DNA of 18,297 bases from Candidatus Methylomirabilia bacterium (GTDB taxonomy: Bacteria; Methylomirabilota; Methylomirabilia; Rokubacteriales; CSP1-6): the NCBI GenBank assembly GCA_041497895.1, contig JBGQHJ010000099.1, positions 1 through 18,297 of the forward strand, in the 5' to 3' direction. How positions within the stretch are numbered: position 1 is the first letter of the stretch; every line of letters begins with the position of its first letter. Below, one piece after another: positions 15,615 through 18,297 of this stretch. A program made the position numbers and the translations under genes. The notes under the pieces were generated by a model. The model made no database searches. It saw only the letters and a list, made by a program, of their open reading frames with translations, and was not told the DNA's origin.

Positions 15615-16487
15615 ATGGACAGCGAAAGAGCCACCGATATGAGCGCGCCCACGCTCGACGCGTCGAGAGATCGCGTGCTGGCGACGGCCGCGGATGGCGG
15701 CATCGTCCTCGCGCACGCGACCGCGACGCGGGCGGTGGCCGCGTGGACCCTGGCGCCCGCGCCGCGGGACCCCGCGCGTCACCTCGAGGTGGCCCACGCG
15801 CAGGCGCGGAGTCATCTCGCCCGGCTCACCCTCCACGACCCGGCCCGGGAGGTCCTGTCCGTCATGACGGACGAGCTGTTCTCCCGCCTCACCGACGCCC
15901 GACCGGCCCCGCTCACCGCGCCCACCGGGGTCGGACGCTACACGTACACGCCGCGCAAGGCCCTGCGTCGCGTGCTCGACCACGCCCTGGATCACCTCAA
16001 CCAGATCGACCAGTGGCTCGCGTGGCAGCGCCATGGGGTCGCCCCGACGCCGACCGACGGGTGGGTCCCGTCGACGGTGACCCTGCCGGACGACCGCCTG
16101 CCCCTGGACCAGGCGGAGCTCGACGCGTGGCTCTGGCGCGTCGACCAGGCGGCGGGGCTCGTCGCCCAGCGGGCGGCCGGGCTGAGCGAGGCCGAGCTCG
16201 ACTGGCTTCCTCCCGACGGGGGCTGGCCGCTTCGCCGCGTGCTCCACCACCTCGCCCGCTCGGAGCGCCTCTACGCGGCCTCGCTCGACGAAGCGCTGCC
16301 CGGAGATGATCCGGCCCGGCGCTACGTGGAGGCCTGCCGGCGCCTCACGGACGAGGTCCGCGCGGCCGCGGCCCGCGGCGACGATTCCGCGATCGTCTAC
16401 CCGGGCCTCTACGGCGTCCTGCAGACGCCGGACGAGGTGGCGAGACTGGTGCTGGACATCGAAGGGGAGCTGCTGGCCGGGACCTAG
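15615..16487 (+). CDS. DinB/YfiT-like superfamily protein
   Basis: 290 aa from ATG 15615 with SD AGGAG. YTPRKALRRVLDHALDHLNQI and LSEAELDWLPPDGGWPLRRVLHHLARSE match DinB His-containing helices. Confidence 0.75.
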   Translation: MDSERATDMSAPTLDASRDRVLATAADGGIVLAHATATRAVAAWTLAPAPRDPARHLEVAHAQARSHLARLTLHDPAREVLSVMTDELFSRLTDARPAPLTAPTGVGRYTYTPRKALRRVLDHALDHLNQIDQWLAWQRHGVAPTPTDGWVPSTVTLPDDRLPLDQAELDAWLWRVDQAAGLVAQRAAGLSEAELDWLPPDGGWPLRRVLHHLARSERLYAASLDEALPGDDPARRYVEACRRLTDEVRAAAARGDDSAIVYPGLYGVLQTPDEVARLVLDIEGELLAGT

Positions 16488-17089
16488 AGCAGCAGGGCGA
16501 CGAGCTGGAGGAGCAGGGCCAGACCCAGGAGCCAGGGGGCGCTGGTCCGCCGCACCTGGTGACGGATCAGCCGGATCCCCGCCACCAGCCCGACGAGCAG
16601 CGCGGCCCCGCTCACCGCGCTTCGCGGGTCCAAGAGGCTCGCGAGCACCTGCCCTTGCCGACGCGGGACCCGGTCGCGGCTCGTGACGTCGAGCGTGCAG
16701 GTCGCCGGGTTCGGCTGAGAGCCTCCGGAGAGCCCCTTCAGCACCAGATGGTCGGCGGTCATCGGGGCCGCGTCGGTCTCGCCGAACTGGATGGACGGCG
16801 GTGGCCGGTCCCCGGGCCGGCCGGGATCGATGAAGCGGTCGAAGTTGGACACCGAGCCGTGCAGGAGATCCCGCCGCTTCTGCACGTCGTGCCACCGCTC
16901 GATGAACCCGGTATAGCGGGCCGACTGGCCTCCGTTCTCCGGAACGCAGACTCCGGTCACCTGGACGTGCTCGAGCAGGGCGAAGCGTCGCGCCGGGGCC
17001 ACCGCCTGTCGCGGCTCCGCCGTGCATGCGGCCAGCATCCAACCGAGCGCGGCCAGGATCAGCATCCGGGTCATCGCGAAACGGGCCAT
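16484..17089 (-). CDS. Hypothetical lipoprotein with C-terminal transmembrane segments
   Basis: Signal peptide with lipobox (MLILAALGWMLAAC); two hydrophobic stretches at the C-terminus; stop shares CTAG with the convergent DinB-like gene. Start may be 17074. Confidence 0.6.
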   Translation of the reverse strand: MARFAMTRMLILAALGWMLAACTAEPRQAVAPARRFALLEHVQVTGVCVPENGGQSARYTGFIERWHDVQKRRDLLHGSVSNFDRFIDPGRPGDRPPPSIQFGETDAAPMTADHLVLKGLSGGSQPNPATCTLDVTSRDRVPRRQGQVLASLLDPRSAVSGAALLVGLVAGIRLIRHQVRRTSAPWLLGLALLLQLVALLL

Positions 17090-17197
17090 GAGCTACGCTC
17101 ACGCCGGAACCTGGCCGCGTCAAGTGCGGACGCCGAGGCCTTGCGCGCCCGGTGGGCGATAATTTTTGGGTCGGAGGCGTGCAATGCTTGAAGAACC

Positions 17198-17815
17198 ATG
17201 ACGTGGAACCGACGGGGACGGCTGGTGTGGGGCCTGGCGGCGGCCCTCGCGCTCGGGCTTACCGGGTGCGCGACGGGCTCGTCGAGGTACACCGAGCCCG
17301 AGCAGGCCCGGATCGACGCCTACGAGCGGGCCGCCGAGCAGGTGCTCGAGTCCCGGGGGATGAAGGGACCGGCCCCTGCGGTCCGGATCGGCACCGATCC
17401 CGCCCTCGCCGGCGCCGGGCGCCCGGCCGGCTACTACACGGATCACGCGCGCTTCGGTGACCTCGGGCGACCGGGCAGCATCGTCGTCAACCGCGCGGCC
17501 GTGGCCGACGATTACATCGCCCAGGCCGTCCTGAGCCAGGAGCTGGCCCACTACGTCCTCGGCCACCTGGATGGCCGCTGCCGAGACCGCCACCTGGAGT
17601 GCGAGATCGAGGCCCGGATCGCGAGCGTCGAGCTGCTCATGACCGGCTGGGGCCTCGAGTACTCGGACGCGATTCGCCTGCAGTACGCCTACCTGAAGAG
17701 CGTGGTCCTGGCCGCCCAGCGGGGCGAGGTGCCGGCCGCGCCGGGGAGAATCGATCCCTGCCGGGAGCTCCAGGAGTTCGCGGCGCGGTTCAAGGCATCG
17801 GCCTCCTGCGAGTGA
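17198..17815 (+). CDS. Lipoprotein with degenerate zinc-metallopeptidase (M48-like) motif
   Basis: 205 aa; lipobox LTGC; GSIVVN...AVLSQELAHYVLGH...CEIEA resembles M48 HExxH...ExEAD with the first His replaced by Gln. Confidence 0.7.
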   Translation: MTWNRRGRLVWGLAAALALGLTGCATGSSRYTEPEQARIDAYERAAEQVLESRGMKGPAPAVRIGTDPALAGAGRPAGYYTDHARFGDLGRPGSIVVNRAAVADDYIAQAVLSQELAHYVLGHLDGRCRDRHLECEIEARIASVELLMTGWGLEYSDAIRLQYAYLKSVVLAAQRGEVPAAPGRIDPCRELQEFAARFKASASCE

Positions 17816-17887
17816 AGACGCGATGTACCGGAATCTTCTCACCGGAACGGGCAGTTGGGTCGTCGGAGGCCATCCAATTCCCTCGGC

Positions 17888-17917
17888 TTGACCCCCCTCT
17901 CGCTGCTAGACTAGAAT
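17888..17917 (+). promoter_or_regulatory. Sigma70-type promoter
   Basis: TTGACC (17888-17893), 18-nt spacer, TAGAAT (17912-17917), in the AT-richer intergenic region upstream of the PDE gene. Confidence 0.6.
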
Positions 17918-17973
17918 TCGCAAAATCGACCACTGCCCGCACAAGGGGAACTGTGGCCTCATGAAGGACTTCG

Positions 17974-18297
17974 GTGAAGATTAAGGTTCTCGGGTCCTTC
18001 GGGAGCGAAGGCCCAGGGCAGCGCCCCTCGGCGTTCCTCGTCGACGATCGGGTGCTGGTGGACGCCGGCACCGTCGGCGGCGCCCTCTCGGTGGCCGAGC
18101 AGATCGAGATCCAGTTCGCCCTCATCAGCCACGCGCATCTGGACCACACCGCCGGGCTGGCCTTCCTCACCGACACGCTCGCCATGGTGGCGGCGGACCG
18201 CCGGGTGACGGCGTGCAGCATCGCGCCGGTCGTGGAGGCGCTCCGTACCCACGCCTTCAACGACGCCCTGTGGCCGAACTTCACGAACATCCCCTCC
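17974..18297 (+). CDS. MBL-fold class II 3',5'-cyclic-nucleotide phosphodiesterase (3'-truncated by window)
   Basis: Not in the ORF track. GTG 17974 with SD AAGGA; MKIKVLGSFGSEGPGQRPSAFLVDDRVLVDAGT...LISHAHLDH...LRTHAFNDALWPNF, open to window end. HxHLDH and FNxxxWP are characteristic of class II PDEs. Confidence 0.85.
   Translation, partial: MKIKVLGSFGSEGPGQRPSAFLVDDRVLVDAGTVGGALSVAEQIEIQFALISHAHLDHTAGLAFLTDTLAMVAADRRVTACSIAPVVEALRTHAFNDALWPNFTNIPS

Noticed and set aside
17790..18290. 166-aa minus-strand ORF
   Set aside because: Antisense to the clearly recognisable class II PDE starting at 17974.

Overview
Very GC-rich bacterial chromosomal region; gene style and repeats are reminiscent of Ca. 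Rokubacteria/Methylomirabilota, but this is inference only. The core is a tightly packed ~12 kb minus-strand run of nine genes (14623->2658): persulfide dioxygenase-like MBL-rhodanese fusion, stand-alone corrinoid protein, stand-alone homocysteine S-methyltransferase module, stand-alone MetH-type reactivation module, shikimate kinase, YitJ-type HMT/MTHFR fusion, amidase, multi-GAF/PAS histidine kinase and a sigma54-dependent response regulator. The left end holds the 3' part of an MtaA/UroD-family methyltransferase, a triple-hairpin intergenic element, an RRM/Gly-rich RNA-binding protein, an aspartate-less receiver plus small membrane protein behind a candidate sigma54 promoter, and a DUF983-like protein. 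The right end holds a frameshifted glycosyltransferase-like remnant in a more AT-rich patch, a DinB-like protein, two lipoproteins (one a degenerate M48-like peptidase) and the start of a class II cyclic-nucleotide phosphodiesterase. The best candidate for an undescribed system is a split, folate-module-less corrinoid methionine synthase translationally coupled to a sulfide-detoxifying enzyme. No rRNA, tRNA, CRISPR array or transposase was recognised.
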